Positions 34,461 through 45,866 are shown, counted from the first letter of the stretch. The stretch is DNA of 63,382 nucleotides from Gemmatimonadales bacterium (GCA_025928645.1 JAICJD010000002.1:1-63382); one strand, 5' to 3'. The notes: generated from the letters alone by a model not told the origin. Made by a program: numbers and translations.

Positions 34461-35921
34461 TTGAACCACTCCTCTTCCGGAACGGTTCTCGTGTCGCTGC
34501 GTCTGCTGTCCCGAGCGCTGATGCTTCCGCTTGCCCTGGCCATGACGGCCGGGCGGGCCGCCGCGCAGGCCTCGCCGGACGAGCGCGAGGCCGGCGCCAT
34601 CCTTGCCGAGCTGGTCGGCATCAACACCACGCACGACCACGGGAGCACGACGCGAGCGGCCCGCGCAGTCGCGCGCCGGCTGCTCGCGGCGGGATTTCCG
34701 GCGAAGGATGTCGTGATCGCCGGGCCCAATCCGCTGCGCCAGAATCTGGTGGCGCGCCTCAGAGGCAGGGGGCGGGCGAAGCCGATCCTGCTGCTCGCCC
34801 ATCTGGACGTGGTCGAAGCGCGGCGCGAGGACTGGTCGCTCGATCCGTTCACGCTGACCGAGAAGGACGGCTACTTCTACGGCCGCGGGACCAGCGACGT
34901 CAAGGACATGGCGGCCATCTTCACCGAGACGCTGCTCCGGCTCAGGCGCGAGCGCGTGCCGCTGGACCGTGATGTCATCCTGGCGCTCACCGCCGACGAG
35001 GAGGGTGGGACCGACAACGGGGTGCAGTGGCTGCTGGCGCACCGGCGCGACCTGATCGACGCGGCGTACTGCATCAACGGCGACGCGGGCGATCCGATCG
35101 CGCACGATGGACAGGTGACCGAGCGGAACGTCGAGGCGAGCGAGAAAGTGTACATGGACGTGCGGCTCGAGGTGCACAACCCGGGCGGGCACAGCTCGGT
35201 GCCGGTCAGGGAGAACGCGATCTACCGGCTGGCCGCGGCGCTGACCCGCTTTTCGGCGCACGAGTTTCCGCCCCGGCTCAACGACGTGACCCGGGCGTAT
35301 TTCACGCGGGCGGCCGCCGCCGAGCCGGACACGATCGCCGCGCGGATGCGAATGGTGGGAGAGTCCGGCGACACCGCCGCGATGCGGCGGCTCTCGGAGG
35401 GATCGCCCTGGCTCAACTCGGTGCTGCGCACCACCTGCGTGGCCACCCGGCTCGACGGCGGGCACGCCAACAACGCCCTTCCACAGACCGCCGGCGCGAA
35501 CATCAATTGCCGACTGCTTCCGGACGAGTCGCCCGACAGCGTCGTCGCCACCATTGCGCGAGTGGTCGACGACACCAGCGTGCAGGTGACGGTCACCTCA
35601 CCGGCGGTGCCCTCGCCGCCATCGCCCCTGGCGCCCGAAGTGCTCGAGCCGATCGACAGCATCACCGCCGCGATGTGGCCAGGCGCGGCGGTGATTCCCA
35701 GCATGGACACCGGCGCCTCCGACGGCCTCTTCCTGCGCAACGCCGGCATGCCGGTGTACGGCGTGGGAGCCGTGCCGCTCGACTTCGACGACATCCGGGC
35801 CCACGGGCGGGACGAGCGGATCCGGGTGGCGGCCTTCTACCAGGGCCTCGAGTTCACCGGCCGCCTGGTGCGCGCGCTCGTCGCCCCGGGGGTCACTTCA
35901 CGATCTGCCCGCCCTTCATGA
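34461..35921 (+). CDS. M20/M28-family metallopeptidase, secreted
   Basis: Signal peptide [39 protein letters not shown], and TADEEGG. Start is TTG 34461 or in-frame GTG 34491. Confidence 0.85.
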   Translation: MNHSSSGTVLVSLRLLSRALMLPLALAMTAGRAAAQASPDEREAGAILAELVGINTTHDHGSTTRAARAVARRLLAAGFPAKDVVIAGPNPLRQNLVARLRGRGRAKPILLLAHLDVVEARREDWSLDPFTLTEKDGYFYGRGTSDVKDMAAIFTETLLRLRRERVPLDRDVILALTADEEGGTDNGVQWLLAHRRDLIDAAYCINGDAGDPIAHDGQVTERNVEASEKVYMDVRLEVHNPGGHSSVPVRENAIYRLAAALTRFSAHEFPPRLNDVTRAYFTRAAAAEPDTIAARMRMVGESGDTAAMRRLSEGSPWLNSVLRTTCVATRLDGGHANNALPQTAGANINCRLLPDESPDSVVATIARVVDDTSVQVTVTSPAVPSPPSPLAPEVLEPIDSITAAMWPGAAVIPSMDTGASDGLFLRNAGMPVYGVGAVPLDFDDIRAHGRDERIRVAAFYQGLEFTGRLVRALVAPGVTSRSARPS

Positions 35922-37194
35922 CCAGCCGCACGTGCCGCAGCGCGCTGATGTCGCGGGTGGGGTCGCCTTCCACGGCGACGAGGTCCGCGAGCAGCCCGGG
36001 TGCGACCCGCCCGATGCGCCGCTCCCGGTGCAGCATGGCGGCGTTGCCGCTCGTGGCCGCCCGGAGCGCCGCGACCGGGGTCATGCCGTACTCGACCATG
36101 GCCTCCAGCTCGCGCACGTTCTCCCCATGGGCGAACACGCCGACGTCGCCGCCGAAGCACATCTTGACCCCCGCCGCCAGCGCGGCGCGGAAGCTCGCGC
36201 GCTTGGCGACGAGGTCGGGCGTGGGCGCGTCGCGGCCCTTCACCCACCCGTCGAAGTAGGTGGCATAGGCCTCAGCCGCGGCCAGCGTGGGGCAGTAGGT
36301 CACGTCGTGCTGGCGCATCAGCCGGAACACCTCCGGCGTGCCGCGGTCGCCGTGCTCGACGGTCTCGACGCCCGCCAGGATCGCGCGGCGCATGCCTTCG
36401 GGCGTCATGGCGTGGGCCGCCACCGGCCGGCCCGCGTCGCGCGCCGTGGCCACCAGCACGTCGAGCTCGTGCTGCGAGAACGTCGGCCGGAGCTCGCCGC
36501 GCGGGCCCCAGCCATAGTCGGTGTACACCTTGATCCAGTCGGCTCCCCGCCCCACCTGACTCCGCACCACCCGCGTGATCTCCTGATCGCCGCTCGCTTC
36601 CTCCGCGCCTTGCGGTGGGTCGAACGCGTACCGGCTCCGGGAGGGACCGTAGGCGCCGGTCGCGACGATCGCGCGGGTCACGACCACGAGCCTCGGTCCG
36701 GGCACAATGCCCTGATCGATGGCGCGGCGGAGCTGCACGTCGTTGTCGAGGGCGCCCTCAGTGCCCAGGTCGCGCTCCGTCGTGATCCCGGCGCGCAGCG
36801 TCGCGGCCGCGTGCGCCACCGCTCGCGCGATCCGCAGGCCGAGCGGCTCCTTGAGGACCTGATCGTCCCACAAGGTCTCGCTATACGGATGCAGGAAGAG
36901 GTGCGAGTGTCCTTCGATCAGTCCCGGGAGGAGCGTCGCGCCCGACAGGCTCACGCGCTCGGCACCTGCGGGCGCCGACACCCGGGCCTCGGGCCCCGTG
37001 GCGGCGATCCGGTCTCCCCGGACCAGGACGACCCAGCCGCGCTGGGGTGTGTCCGCGACACCGTCCCAGACGGCATCCGGAACCAGCAGCGTGGCGCGCG
37101 AGCTGTCGGCCGCGGACCTCGCCTGGCCGCGTCCGGGCGAAGCGAGGAGGAGAGTGGCGGCGGCGAGCGTGAGTCCGACGACGGTCAGTCGCAT
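35893..37194 (-). CDS. Amidohydrolase-family metallohydrolase, secreted
   Basis: Signal peptide [25 protein letters not shown], and the metal motif [13 protein letters not shown], with ..HAM... and [10 protein letters not shown] further on. ATG 37194 confirmed. Its 3' end overlaps the M20 gene 3' end by 29 nt. Confidence 0.85.
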   Translation of the reverse strand: MRLTVVGLTLAAATLLLASPGRGQARSAADSSRATLLVPDAVWDGVADTPQRGWVVLVRGDRIAATGPEARVSAPAGAERVSLSGATLLPGLIEGHSHLFLHPYSETLWDDQVLKEPLGLRIARAVAHAAATLRAGITTERDLGTEGALDNDVQLRRAIDQGIVPGPRLVVVTRAIVATGAYGPSRSRYAFDPPQGAEEASGDQEITRVVRSQVGRGADWIKVYTDYGWGPRGELRPTFSQHELDVLVATARDAGRPVAAHAMTPEGMRRAILAGVETVEHGDRGTPEVFRLMRQHDVTYCPTLAAAEAYATYFDGWVKGRDAPTPDLVAKRASFRAALAAGVKMCFGGDVGVFAHGENVRELEAMVEYGMTPVAALRAATSGNAAMLHRERRIGRVAPGLLADLVAVEGDPTRDISALRHVRLVMKGGQIVK

Positions 37195-37255
37195 GCGACG
37201 AGCTTCCTCACGGTGAAGATGAAGGCGGGCGCCTCCAAGTATACGATGGGTGGTG

Positions 37256-38386
37256 TCAGGAGACCGGGCCGAGCACCAGGCGCACCGGAATCCCGCCATT
37301 CTCGCTCGTGAACCGCGGCGTGAGCGAGAGGCCGACCTGCCGCTCGAGCTCCGGCCGAGCGGTGATCATTCCCACGGTCCACCCGCCGCACTTCCTGCGC
37401 AGCACGTTGCCGAGCTGGGCGTAGAGGTCCCTCAACCGGGCCGCCTCGCCCACCCGTGCGCCGTACGGCGGATTGGTGAGTACGAGCCCCGGCGTGGGGG
37501 GCGGCTCGATGCCCGAGATCGCCGTTCGGCGCCAGACCACATCGTGCTCCACGCCGGCGCGCTCCGTGTTGGCCGCCGCCGCGGCGATGGCTCCCGCGTC
37601 CCGGTCCGAGCCGAGAATCGGCACGGCGGCCTGGGAAGCGATGCGATCGCGCGCCGCCGCCCGCACCCGCTCCCACGCCGCCGCATCGAAGCCGGGCCAG
37701 CGCTGGAACGCGAACGCGCGGCCGAGCCCGGGCGGGATCCGCCGGGCGAGCAGCGCGGCTTCGATCGGAATGGTGCCGGAACCGCACATCGGATCCAGCA
37801 GCGGCACGGCCCCGTTCCATCCGGCGCCGGCGAGCATCGCCGCAGCCAGCGTTTCCCGAAGCGGGGCCTTGGCCGTCGCGAGCCGGTACCCGCGCCGATG
37901 GAGCAGCTCCCCCGACGCGTCGGCGCTGACGGTACACTCGTCCCGAAACAGGCGCACGACGAACTCCTGCGCCTCGCGGTCGGCCGGCGGCGGCGCATCG
38001 GACACGGCCTCCAGCCGCTGCGCGACGGCATCCTGGTGGTACAGCTTCGACTTTCGCGAGGTCACGCGGAACCGGGCGGCGGTTCCCGGCGGCAGGTAGC
38101 TGGCCCAGGGGAGCCGCCGCGCGCGACGCTCCAGCTCGCGGAACGAGCTCGCGTGGAAGGCGCCGACCCGCACCAGCACGCGTGAGGCGATCCGCAGGTG
38201 CAGGTTGGCGGCGTACAGACCGGCGAGATCGGCGCGGAATGCGACGCCGCCCGCCTCCGGCGCTTCGACCGCGATCCGGAACGGCCCCGTGAGCCCCTCC
38301 AGCTCCGCCCTGACCAGCGGCTCGAGCCCGGGCGCGGCGACCGCGAAGCAGGAGAAACCCTGGGTGGTGACGTGGCTCATAGTCAC
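37256..38386 (-). CDS. THUMP-domain class I SAM-dependent RNA methyltransferase (RlmL/RlmK N-terminal-half type)
   Basis: THUMP-like N-terminus, [16 protein letters not shown] (SAM motif I), and [13 protein letters not shown] (motif IV NPPY). Start is GTG 38386 or ATG 38380. Confidence 0.85.
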   Translation of the reverse strand: MTMSHVTTQGFSCFAVAAPGLEPLVRAELEGLTGPFRIAVEAPEAGGVAFRADLAGLYAANLHLRIASRVLVRVGAFHASSFRELERRARRLPWASYLPPGTAARFRVTSRKSKLYHQDAVAQRLEAVSDAPPPADREAQEFVVRLFRDECTVSADASGELLHRRGYRLATAKAPLRETLAAAMLAGAGWNGAVPLLDPMCGSGTIPIEAALLARRIPPGLGRAFAFQRWPGFDAAAWERVRAAARDRIASQAAVPILGSDRDAGAIAAAAANTERAGVEHDVVWRRTAISGIEPPPTPGLVLTNPPYGARVGEAARLRDLYAQLGNVLRRKCGGWTVGMITARPELERQVGLSLTPRFTSENGGIPVRLVLGPVS

Positions 38387-38414
38387 CCCGGCCCGCGCCG
38401 AGAAAGTTGCATTG

Positions 38415-41400
38415 ATGACCGCTGCCGAGCCCGGCCTCCCCGAGTCTCCCCCGCGGCCGGCCCATCGCTGGCTCCGCTGGCTGGGAATGGGGCTGACCGG
38501 CCTGCTTGTGATTGTGGTCGCGCTGGTGGCGCTGCTGCAACTTCCGCCGGTCGCGACCTACGCCGTTCGCAAGCTGCTGACCCTCGCTCCGCTCAATCCC
38601 GGCAACCGGCTCGAGGTGGGCCGCGTCTCGGGGAACTTCCTCCGCGGGCTCACCCTCGAGAACGTATCGCTGCACCAGGACGGGAGGCAGCTCGCCCGCC
38701 TGGACCGGGTGCGGGTCGCCTACCGGCTGCCCGCGCTCCTCGGTCCGATCATTACGCTGGACGAGCTGGCCGTGGACGGTGGCACGGTCGCCGCGCGCCG
38801 GCAGGGCCAGCGGTGGGACCTGCTCGACGTGCTGCGGAAATCGGCCGACACCACCTCGCGCGGCGGCGGCCTGATCATCGACCGGCTTCACGTCGGCGAC
38901 CTCGCTATTGCCGCCCGGTTCGCGCCGGACTCGGTGGCGCGGGTGCAGCTCGCGACGCTTGCCGCGCGCCGGCTCTCGCTCGGCGACACCACCACCGTGG
39001 CGCTCGACACGGTGCAGCTCGCCGCCCAGCCGCCGGCCAGCTCTCGCTGGCTCGCGGTCGCCACCCGCGGTGGCGTGACGGCCCAGGAGGTGAGGCTCGA
39101 TCCGCTTCGGATTCATACCGAGGCGAGTCAGGTGACCGGCCGCGTCGTCGTGCCGCGCGATCTCACCGAATCTCGGCAGCTTGACCGGCTGGACGTCCAG
39201 CTCAGCGCGCGGCCGCTCGCCCTGGAAGATCTGGCGGCGTGGTCCGGCTCGGTGCCCGCGTCGGGCCGGCTGGTGTTCGACGCGAGCGCCCGCGGGCGCG
39301 GCGACCAGGTCACGGCGCATGTCGCCGCGTCGCTCGACACGGCTCGTCTCACCTTCGACGGAGACACGCGGCTCCGACACGGTAAGCCGACATCCTACCG
39401 CGCGCACGGGGTCGTGACCGGCCTCGATCCGTCGAAGCTCAGCACCGCGGCGCCCGCGGGAGTGCTGAACGCGCGGCTCGATGCCGACGTGACCGGGCCG
39501 CTCGACAGCGCGGACGGCCGGGCCCGCCTGGCGCTCGGCGCCTCACGCGTGGGCTCGGTCCTGATCCGGCGGCTCGAGCTCGGCGCCCTTCTCACCCAGG
39601 GTACGGCGGACCTGACGCTTCGCGGCGCGCTCGACAGCGGCCGGGTCGAGGCCAGGGGGCGGGCACGGCCCTTCGACGCGGTTCCGACCTACCGCGTCAC
39701 CGGAACCGCGACCGGCATGCCGGGTACCGCGGCCGTAGCGCGGGCGCTCACCGGCGCCGGCGGCGACCCGGCGCTCGCCGTCGGCTTTCGGCTGAGCGGC
39801 GCCGGCGCCTCGCCCGACTCGGCGAACGTCACGGGACGGGTGGAGCTCGCGGCCGCGCGCGATACCGGCGCCCGCCGCACGGTCGCGCGCAGCACGGTCC
39901 GGCTGGCGCATGGCCGGCTCACGCTCAGGCCGGTGATCTACGCCGGCGGCGGCACCGTCACGGCGCTGGGCCATGTGACCCTCGGCGACACGCTCGCCTA
40001 CGAGCTGCGCGACGGGCGCATCGAGAAGGTCGACCTCGGCGGGCTCACGGGCGACACGACGGCAGCGCCGCTCTCCGGCACCTTCTCGCTCGTGGGCCGC
40101 GGCGCCACCCCGGCGGCGGCGCGGGTCACGACCCGGGTCCACTTCGACGAGCTGCGCTCCGGGCCGCGGCGCATCGAGCGTGTCGATGGCGTGGCCCGGC
40201 TCGACCGCGGCGGGCTCACCCTCACCGGCACCGGCGCGCTTCAGGGCGGCCGCGTCGTGCTCGAGGCGCTTGGCCGGCCGTTCGACAGCACCGCGTCGTA
40301 CGTGCTCCGCCGCGCCGCGCTCGAAGGCGTCGATCTCGGCACGTTCATGGGGCGGCCCGACCTGGCGGGGCCGGTCACGCTGTCGCTCAGCGGCGAGGCA
40401 CGGCTCCGCGGGGACGCCCGCTCCGGACACGCGACGCTCACGCTCGAGCCATCACGGGTCGGCCGTATCGAGGTCGTGGACGGCGGCGGCGAGGTGCGGG
40501 TCGCGGGCGAGGATGTCCGCTACGACGCCACGGTCCGCACCAACGGCGGGGTTGTGTCCGCGGCCGGCGACGCGACGCCCGGCGCCGCCGCGCCGGCGTA
40601 CCGCGTGCGCGAGGGCCGGCTCGCCGGTATCGATCTGGGCACGCTGCTCGGCCGACCCGATCTGCGCACCGACCTCAACGCGACGTTCACGGCCGACCTC
40701 GCGCGCACTCCGGGCGACTCACTGGTGCGCGGGGCGGGCGGCGCCTCACCCGACACAGCGGCGGGGGTGCTGGGCGGCACGGTGGCGGTCGCGCTGCTGC
40801 CGTCCACCATCAACGATGCCTCGCTCACGAGCGGCTCGATCGATGCGCAGGTGCGCGGGCCCACCGCACGGGCCAGGCTCCGGGCCGACGGACCCGATGC
40901 CGCGCTCGACGCGTCGCTCAACACGGCGCCCGCCGGCGAGCGCACGGCGGCCGGCGTGAACGGCACGCTCAGGATCGAGCACCTGGCGCGCTGGACCGGC
41001 CGCCAGGACGCCGATGGACGGGTCGAATCGCGGTTCGACCTCACCGTCGAGCGCGACAGCTCGGGCTTCCGCGCCGCGCGCGGCACGCTCGACGCCGTGG
41101 GCGGCGTCGGCGACGTCCGCGTGCCGGCCTTCCGGCTGGCGCTGAGCCCGGCCGACGGCCAGCTCCAGGTGGACACCGTGCTGATCCGCTCCAACGTCGC
41201 GGCCATGGACGGCGCGGGGCGGGTTCAGCTCCGGCCGGGATCACCTCCCGGAACGCTGCGGCTCGCCGCCACGCTGGGCGACCTCGCTCCCGTCGCGGCG
41301 CTCATGGGCGCGGACACGGTCGGCGCGGACTCCGCGCGCATGCGGCTCGCCATCGGCGGGCCGGCCTGGCACTGGCGTCTCGACGGCAACGCCGACGCCT

Positions 41401-43565
41401 ACGGCCTCGCGTTCGCCGGCACGCTCGCCAACCGGCTCAAGCTCGAGGGCCGCGTGACCCTCGACAGCACGCGGATCGGCGCGCTCGCCGGCAACCTCGA
41501 AGTGAAGGATGCCGCCGTGGGCAAGCTCTCCCTGCGGGAGCTCAGCATGGCGGGCGGGTACGACTCCACCCTGGCGCTCGACCTCAGGCTCAACGTGGCC
41601 GACAGCGTGCGGATCGAAAGCCGGATCCGCGGCACCGTTTCCGCCGCGCGCGACACCATCCGCGCCGAGCTCCAGCGCCTCACGCTCGACGAGGGTGGAC
41701 GGGCCTGGGCGCTGGCGCGGCCGGCGGCCATTACGTTCGGCCCGGCGGTGCGGATCGACAGCGTGAATCTCAAGGCTGGTCCGCGCAGTATCGCGGTGAA
41801 CGGCGTGCTCGACCGCCACGGCGCGAGCGACATGACGCTCAGCGTCACCTCGCTCGATCTCGAGACCCTGCGGGCCACCGGCCTGGTGCCGGTCGGGGGA
41901 CGGCTGGACGCACGGTTTCACCTGACGGGGCCGGCTGACGGTCCCCGCCTGCAGGGCGGGCTTGCGCTGGCCATCCGCTCGAAGCCGGGCCAGGAGATCG
42001 GAACGCTGGGCACGACGGTCGACTGGACCAGCGCGGGCCTCCGGGTCTCGGCTGCCGCGAAGCCGCTCCGGGGGAGCGCGCTCACGGTCGAGGGCTCGCT
42101 GCCGTATCGGCTCACCCTCGCGCCGCACGATACCACGACGGCCGTTGCCACCGTGCCGCTTGCCGTGGACAAGGTGTCGCTCGCGGTGCGCGCCGACAGC
42201 TTCGATCTCGCGCTGTTCCAGCCACTGCTCCCGCCTGACGCCGCGACCGGACTCGGCGGCCGGCTCCGTGCCGACGCGAGGATCGGTGGAACGGTGAAGG
42301 CGCCGTCGGCCTCGGGCACGGTCAATCTCGCCCGGGCCACCCTCGAGCTGCCGAGCATCGGCGTGAAATATCAGCGCGGCGAGCTGGCCGGGCGGCTGGA
42401 CGGCGATGCGCTTCGAGTCGAGAAGCTCCGGCTGCTCACCGACAAGCACGAGGAGCTGCTCGCCGCGGGCACGATCGGCCTCAAGCCGCTGAGCGACCCG
42501 ACCTTCGCGCTGAACGGCACGCTCACGGACTTCCGGCTGGTCAACTCCGACCAGCTCAAGACCTCGGCGACCGGACGCGTGCAGATCGCCGGAAGCCTGC
42601 TCAAGCCGGTGGTCACGGGAAAGGTCCGGCTCGGCCGGACCGACTTCTTCGTCGGGGCCGGCGCCGCCCAGGCGCGGGTCGAGCAGGTGGATCTCACGCC
42701 CGCCGAGCTTCGGAAGCTGGCCCGGGACTTCGGGCCGAGCGTGCTCACTCACGGGGAGAAGACGCCGGGGCTCATGGACCGCGCGAGGCTCGACCTCGCG
42801 ATCACCATGCCGGGGCAGGTATGGATCCGGCGCACGAGCACGCCCAAGGCGGACATCGAGCTCATGGGCAATCTGCGCCTGACCCAGGAGCCCGGCCAGG
42901 AGATGCGCTTCTTCGGTCATGTCGAGCCGGTACCGGACCGGGGCACGCTGGAGCTGAGCGGGAAGCAGTTCCGCCTGACCGACGGCGACATCAACCTCGC
43001 GGGGCCGATCGATTCGACCCGGCTCGACGTCAACGCCTCCTACCAGGTGCCGACCCAGGGCGGCGGAGACGACGAGGGCGTGCTGATCGATGTGCACGCG
43101 CAAGGCCGGCTGGACAGTCTGGCGCTCAGCTTCACCTCCGACCCGCAGATGAGCCAGGACGACATCCTGTCCTACATCGTCACCGGGCGGCCGGCCTCGG
43201 ACAATCCGCTGTTCGAGGGCGGTGGCACCGGCGGCGGCAACGCGGGCGAGCAGGTGGCGCTCGGCACGCTCACCACCGCTATCAGCAACGCGGCCGGCCA
43301 GGGCCTCGGGTTCGACGTCTTCCAGATCCGGCAAGAGCCTACCCGGGGCCTCACCCTGACCGCCGGCCGCTACGTCGGCTCCCGGCTGTTCCTCGATCTC
43401 CAGCTCCCGCTCCAGCTGGGCAGCCAAAGCCAGCAGCAGACGCCGGGCGCCTCGCTGGGCCCCGGCTTCGAGCTGGAGTACCGGCTCGAGCGCTGGCTCC
43501 GCGCCTACCTCCGCGGCGGGAGCCTCTCGCCCGGCTTCCTCTTCCGAGCCCGCCGTGCGTACTGA
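38415..43565 (+). CDS. tamB: Translocation and assembly module protein TamB (DUF490)
   Basis: 1716 aa with an N-terminal anchor LRWLGMGLTGLLVIVVALVALL, long beta-rich G/T/L/R repeats, and the C-terminal DUF490 signature (...GNLRLTQEPGQEMRFFGHVEPV..GTLELSGKQFRLTDGDINLAG...SFTSDPQMSQDDILSYIVTGRP...). Confidence 0.85.
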   Translation: MTAAEPGLPESPPRPAHRWLRWLGMGLTGLLVIVVALVALLQLPPVATYAVRKLLTLAPLNPGNRLEVGRVSGNFLRGLTLENVSLHQDGRQLARLDRVRVAYRLPALLGPIITLDELAVDGGTVAARRQGQRWDLLDVLRKSADTTSRGGGLIIDRLHVGDLAIAARFAPDSVARVQLATLAARRLSLGDTTTVALDTVQLAAQPPASSRWLAVATRGGVTAQEVRLDPLRIHTEASQVTGRVVVPRDLTESRQLDRLDVQLSARPLALEDLAAWSGSVPASGRLVFDASARGRGDQVTAHVAASLDTARLTFDGDTRLRHGKPTSYRAHGVVTGLDPSKLSTAAPAGVLNARLDADVTGPLDSADGRARLALGASRVGSVLIRRLELGALLTQGTADLTLRGALDSGRVEARGRARPFDAVPTYRVTGTATGMPGTAAVARALTGAGGDPALAVGFRLSGAGASPDSANVTGRVELAAARDTGARRTVARSTVRLAHGRLTLRPVIYAGGGTVTALGHVTLGDTLAYELRDGRIEKVDLGGLTGDTTAAPLSGTFSLVGRGATPAAARVTTRVHFDELRSGPRRIERVDGVARLDRGGLTLTGTGALQGGRVVLEALGRPFDSTASYVLRRAALEGVDLGTFMGRPDLAGPVTLSLSGEARLRGDARSGHATLTLEPSRVGRIEVVDGGGEVRVAGEDVRYDATVRTNGGVVSAAGDATPGAAAPAYRVREGRLAGIDLGTLLGRPDLRTDLNATFTADLARTPGDSLVRGAGGASPDTAAGVLGGTVAVALLPSTINDASLTSGSIDAQVRGPTARARLRADGPDAALDASLNTAPAGERTAAGVNGTLRIEHLARWTGRQDADGRVESRFDLTVERDSSGFRAARGTLDAVGGVGDVRVPAFRLALSPADGQLQVDTVLIRSNVAAMDGAGRVQLRPGSPPGTLRLAATLGDLAPVAALMGADTVGADSARMRLAIGGPAWHWRLDGNADAYGLAFAGTLANRLKLEGRVTLDSTRIGALAGNLEVKDAAVGKLSLRELSMAGGYDSTLALDLRLNVADSVRIESRIRGTVSAARDTIRAELQRLTLDEGGRAWALARPAAITFGPAVRIDSVNLKAGPRSIAVNGVLDRHGASDMTLSVTSLDLETLRATGLVPVGGRLDARFHLTGPADGPRLQGGLALAIRSKPGQEIGTLGTTVDWTSAGLRVSAAAKPLRGSALTVEGSLPYRLTLAPHDTTTAVATVPLAVDKVSLAVRADSFDLALFQPLLPPDAATGLGGRLRADARIGGTVKAPSASGTVNLARATLELPSIGVKYQRGELAGRLDGDALRVEKLRLLTDKHEELLAAGTIGLKPLSDPTFALNGTLTDFRLVNSDQLKTSATGRVQIAGSLLKPVVTGKVRLGRTDFFVGAGAAQARVEQVDLTPAELRKLARDFGPSVLTHGEKTPGLMDRARLDLAITMPGQVWIRRTSTPKADIELMGNLRLTQEPGQEMRFFGHVEPVPDRGTLELSGKQFRLTDGDINLAGPIDSTRLDVNASYQVPTQGGGDDEGVLIDVHAQGRLDSLALSFTSDPQMSQDDILSYIVTGRPASDNPLFEGGGTGGGNAGEQVALGTLTTAISNAAGQGLGFDVFQIRQEPTRGLTLTAGRYVGSRLFLDLQLPLQLGSQSQQQTPGASLGPGFELEYRLERWLRAYLRGGSLSPGFLFRARRAY

Positions 43566-45708
43566 TCTCCGATCCGGTCTCGCGCTCGTCGCGCTCGCGG
43601 GCTCGCTCGCGGCCACGCCGCTCCGGGCCCAGGACGCCCTGACTCGCGTCGGACCGAAGACCCAGGTCCGCTCGGTGGAGTTCGAGTTCGAGGACAAGTC
43701 CACCCTGGACGAGGAACAGCTCCGCCAGAAGATCGCGCTGTCCGGCCAGGGCAGCATGGTCGGATTGCGGCGGTTCTTCGGCTTCCTGCCCTTCGTGCCC
43801 CCGGTGGGCTCGCACCCGTTCGACCCGCTCGAGATGGCGCGCGACGCGGTGCGCCTGCGTCACTACTACCAGCGCTCCGGATTCCCCAAGGCGGACGTCG
43901 ACTACGACGCGAGGTATGAGGCCAAGCCGGACGTGGTCGAGGTCACCTACCGGATCGCCGAGGGTCCGCCCCTGGAGGTGGACACCCTGGTCTTCGCGGG
44001 CGACTCCGGCCCGCTCGCCGTGCCCGACTCATTGAAACGGGGCTGGCGGCGATTCACCCGGAGCGTCCGCAAGGAGGCGGACCGCGCGGGCGAGGACGAG
44101 CGGCGCGCCCTGGCCGACACGACCGTGCGATGGTTCCGTGCCCACGGCTATCCCTTCGCCGGCGCGAAGACCATCGCCCGGGTGGACAGCGCGGCCAACC
44201 GTGCGTCGCTCACCGTGGAGGTGGCGCCGGGGCCGCGGGAGCGGGTCCGGCGCATCGAGGTGACCGGCAACGCGACGATTCCCGAGCGCGAGATCGTGCG
44301 CCAGCTCGCCGTCCGCGCCGGGGACTGGTACGATGCGCGCGCGCTGGAGGAGGCGCGCCAGCGGCTCACCGAGATGGACATCGTGCGGATCGCCGGGGTG
44401 GACGTGCCGAGGGACTCGGCGAGCGACTCGGGCGCGGTCGTCATGCTGCACATCGCGGAGAACCCCGAGCACATCGTCAAGGGCGAGGCGGGCTACCTCT
44501 CGAGCGGCGGCCTCACGTCGCAGGCCACGTGGACCGACCGGAGCTGGCTGCGCGGGCTTCGGACCCTCACCGTCGGCGCCACCGCGCAGACCGGCGTCGC
44601 GGCGCTGGAGAACCCGGCCGAGGAGCTGTACCGGCTCAACGTGACGGCGTTCCAGCCGTACGTCGGTGATCGTCGCATTTCGGCGGCCGGCGGCCCGTTC
44701 GTCGAGTATCGGAACGACCTGCGCGATCGGAGCTGGGCGGTGGGCTTCGAGGGGTCGCTGGTGTGGGCGCCCGCGCCGCTTCGCTCGCTGTCGCTCGGGT
44801 ACTCGATCTCGCACCGGCGGGTGTACGACTACGGCCTCGGCGCCGATCTGCCGCCGTCGCAATATCTGCCGCTGCTCAACCTCGCGACGCCGACGGCCGC
44901 CGGCGCGCTCGAGCGCACCCGGAACGCCAGCACGATTACGCTCGAGGGGAGCTACGGTCGGCTCGACCGGATCGCCAACCCGCGGAAGGGCTACGTGCTC
45001 CGGCCGCGGATCGAGACCACGCTGCCGGGCTTCAACACCAGCGAGTACCTGCTGCTCGACCTGGGCGCCACGTTCTACCTGCCGGTGACGAAGACGGTCG
45101 GGGTCACGATCCGTGGCGGCGCGGGCAGAATCTATCCGCGCGGCAACAGCCTGGACTCGCTCGGGTTCGAATCGCCGTTCGTCTCACTTCTCCGCCTGCG
45201 CGACGTCACGTTCGCCGCCGGCGGCACGCGCGACGTGCGGGGCTGGGGCTCGCTGCTGCTCGGCCCGAAGATTCCGCAGGTGCAGCTCGAGCACCAGGGC
45301 GACAGCACGGTCGCGATCGCCGAGCGGTACACGCCGGTGGGTGGGCTGGCCCGGCTGCTCGGAAGCGTGGAGCTGCACTTTCCGATGCCGCTCATGGGCG
45401 ACCAGTTCCAGCCCTACGTGTTCTACGATGGCGGGCGGGTGTGGACACCCGACAGCCGTTTCGCGCTCAACGCGGGCGATATCGACGAGGACAAGTTCTA
45501 CCAGGCCGTCGGCGTCGGGATCGGGTACGAGACCGTGGTCGGGGCGATTCAGGTGGCGCTGGGCTACAAGCTCAACCCGTCCCCGCTCGATCGCCGCTCG
45601 CCGCAGGACGTGCTCGACGCGCTCCGGAGCGGCACGCCGCTCGACGCGGCGCCCACGTCGTCCTCGCGCCGGTTCCACCTGCACTTTTCGATCGGGGCGA
45701 CGTTCTAG
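43555..45708 (+). CDS. tamA: Omp85-family outer membrane protein (TamA/BamA-like, POTRA plus beta-barrel)
   Basis: Signal peptide LALVALAGSLAATPLRAQ, POTRA-like repeats (VRSVEFEF..., RRIEVTGNATIPEREI...), and a C-terminal barrel ending HLHFSIGATF. The GTG start overlaps the tamB end by 11 nt. Confidence 0.85.
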   Translation: MRTDLRSGLALVALAGSLAATPLRAQDALTRVGPKTQVRSVEFEFEDKSTLDEEQLRQKIALSGQGSMVGLRRFFGFLPFVPPVGSHPFDPLEMARDAVRLRHYYQRSGFPKADVDYDARYEAKPDVVEVTYRIAEGPPLEVDTLVFAGDSGPLAVPDSLKRGWRRFTRSVRKEADRAGEDERRALADTTVRWFRAHGYPFAGAKTIARVDSAANRASLTVEVAPGPRERVRRIEVTGNATIPEREIVRQLAVRAGDWYDARALEEARQRLTEMDIVRIAGVDVPRDSASDSGAVVMLHIAENPEHIVKGEAGYLSSGGLTSQATWTDRSWLRGLRTLTVGATAQTGVAALENPAEELYRLNVTAFQPYVGDRRISAAGGPFVEYRNDLRDRSWAVGFEGSLVWAPAPLRSLSLGYSISHRRVYDYGLGADLPPSQYLPLLNLATPTAAGALERTRNASTITLEGSYGRLDRIANPRKGYVLRPRIETTLPGFNTSEYLLLDLGATFYLPVTKTVGVTIRGGAGRIYPRGNSLDSLGFESPFVSLLRLRDVTFAAGGTRDVRGWGSLLLGPKIPQVQLEHQGDSTVAIAERYTPVGGLARLLGSVELHFPMPLMGDQFQPYVFYDGGRVWTPDSRFALNAGDIDEDKFYQAVGVGIGYETVVGAIQVALGYKLNPSPLDRRSPQDVLDALRSGTPLDAAPTSSSRRFHLHFSIGATF

Positions 45709-45742
45709 CGGGCACACCAGGCTGCATCCTGAGCACAAACTT

Positions 45743-45766
45743 GTCATCCCGAGCGCTCGGGATGAC
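45743..45766. repeat. Perfect 24-nt palindrome GTCATCCCGAGC/GCTCGGGATGAC downstream of tamA
   Basis: Read directly. It shares the CATCCCGAGCG core with the inner repeat at 4000-4021. It may act as a terminator hairpin for tamA. Confidence 0.7.
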
Positions 45767-45866
45767 AGTCCTACCGCGCCCGCTCCGCCTGCTGGTCTCC
45801 CCGCTCAGCCGACTCCAAGGTGACCCCCACCACGGCACCCCCCTTCGGGCGCCCCGATGTTGCGGC

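Noticed and set aside
35893-35921. 29-nt overlap of the convergent 3' ends of the M20 peptidase and amidohydrolase genes
   Set aside because: It is real in sequence but unremarkable. Both C-termini lie beyond the conserved cores, and such tail overlaps are common in compact high-GC genomes.
41241-43757. 838-aa minus-strand ORF, and 37185..39407 (740 aa)
   Set aside because: They are antisense to tamB, tamA and the THUMP methyltransferase gene, with shadow composition.
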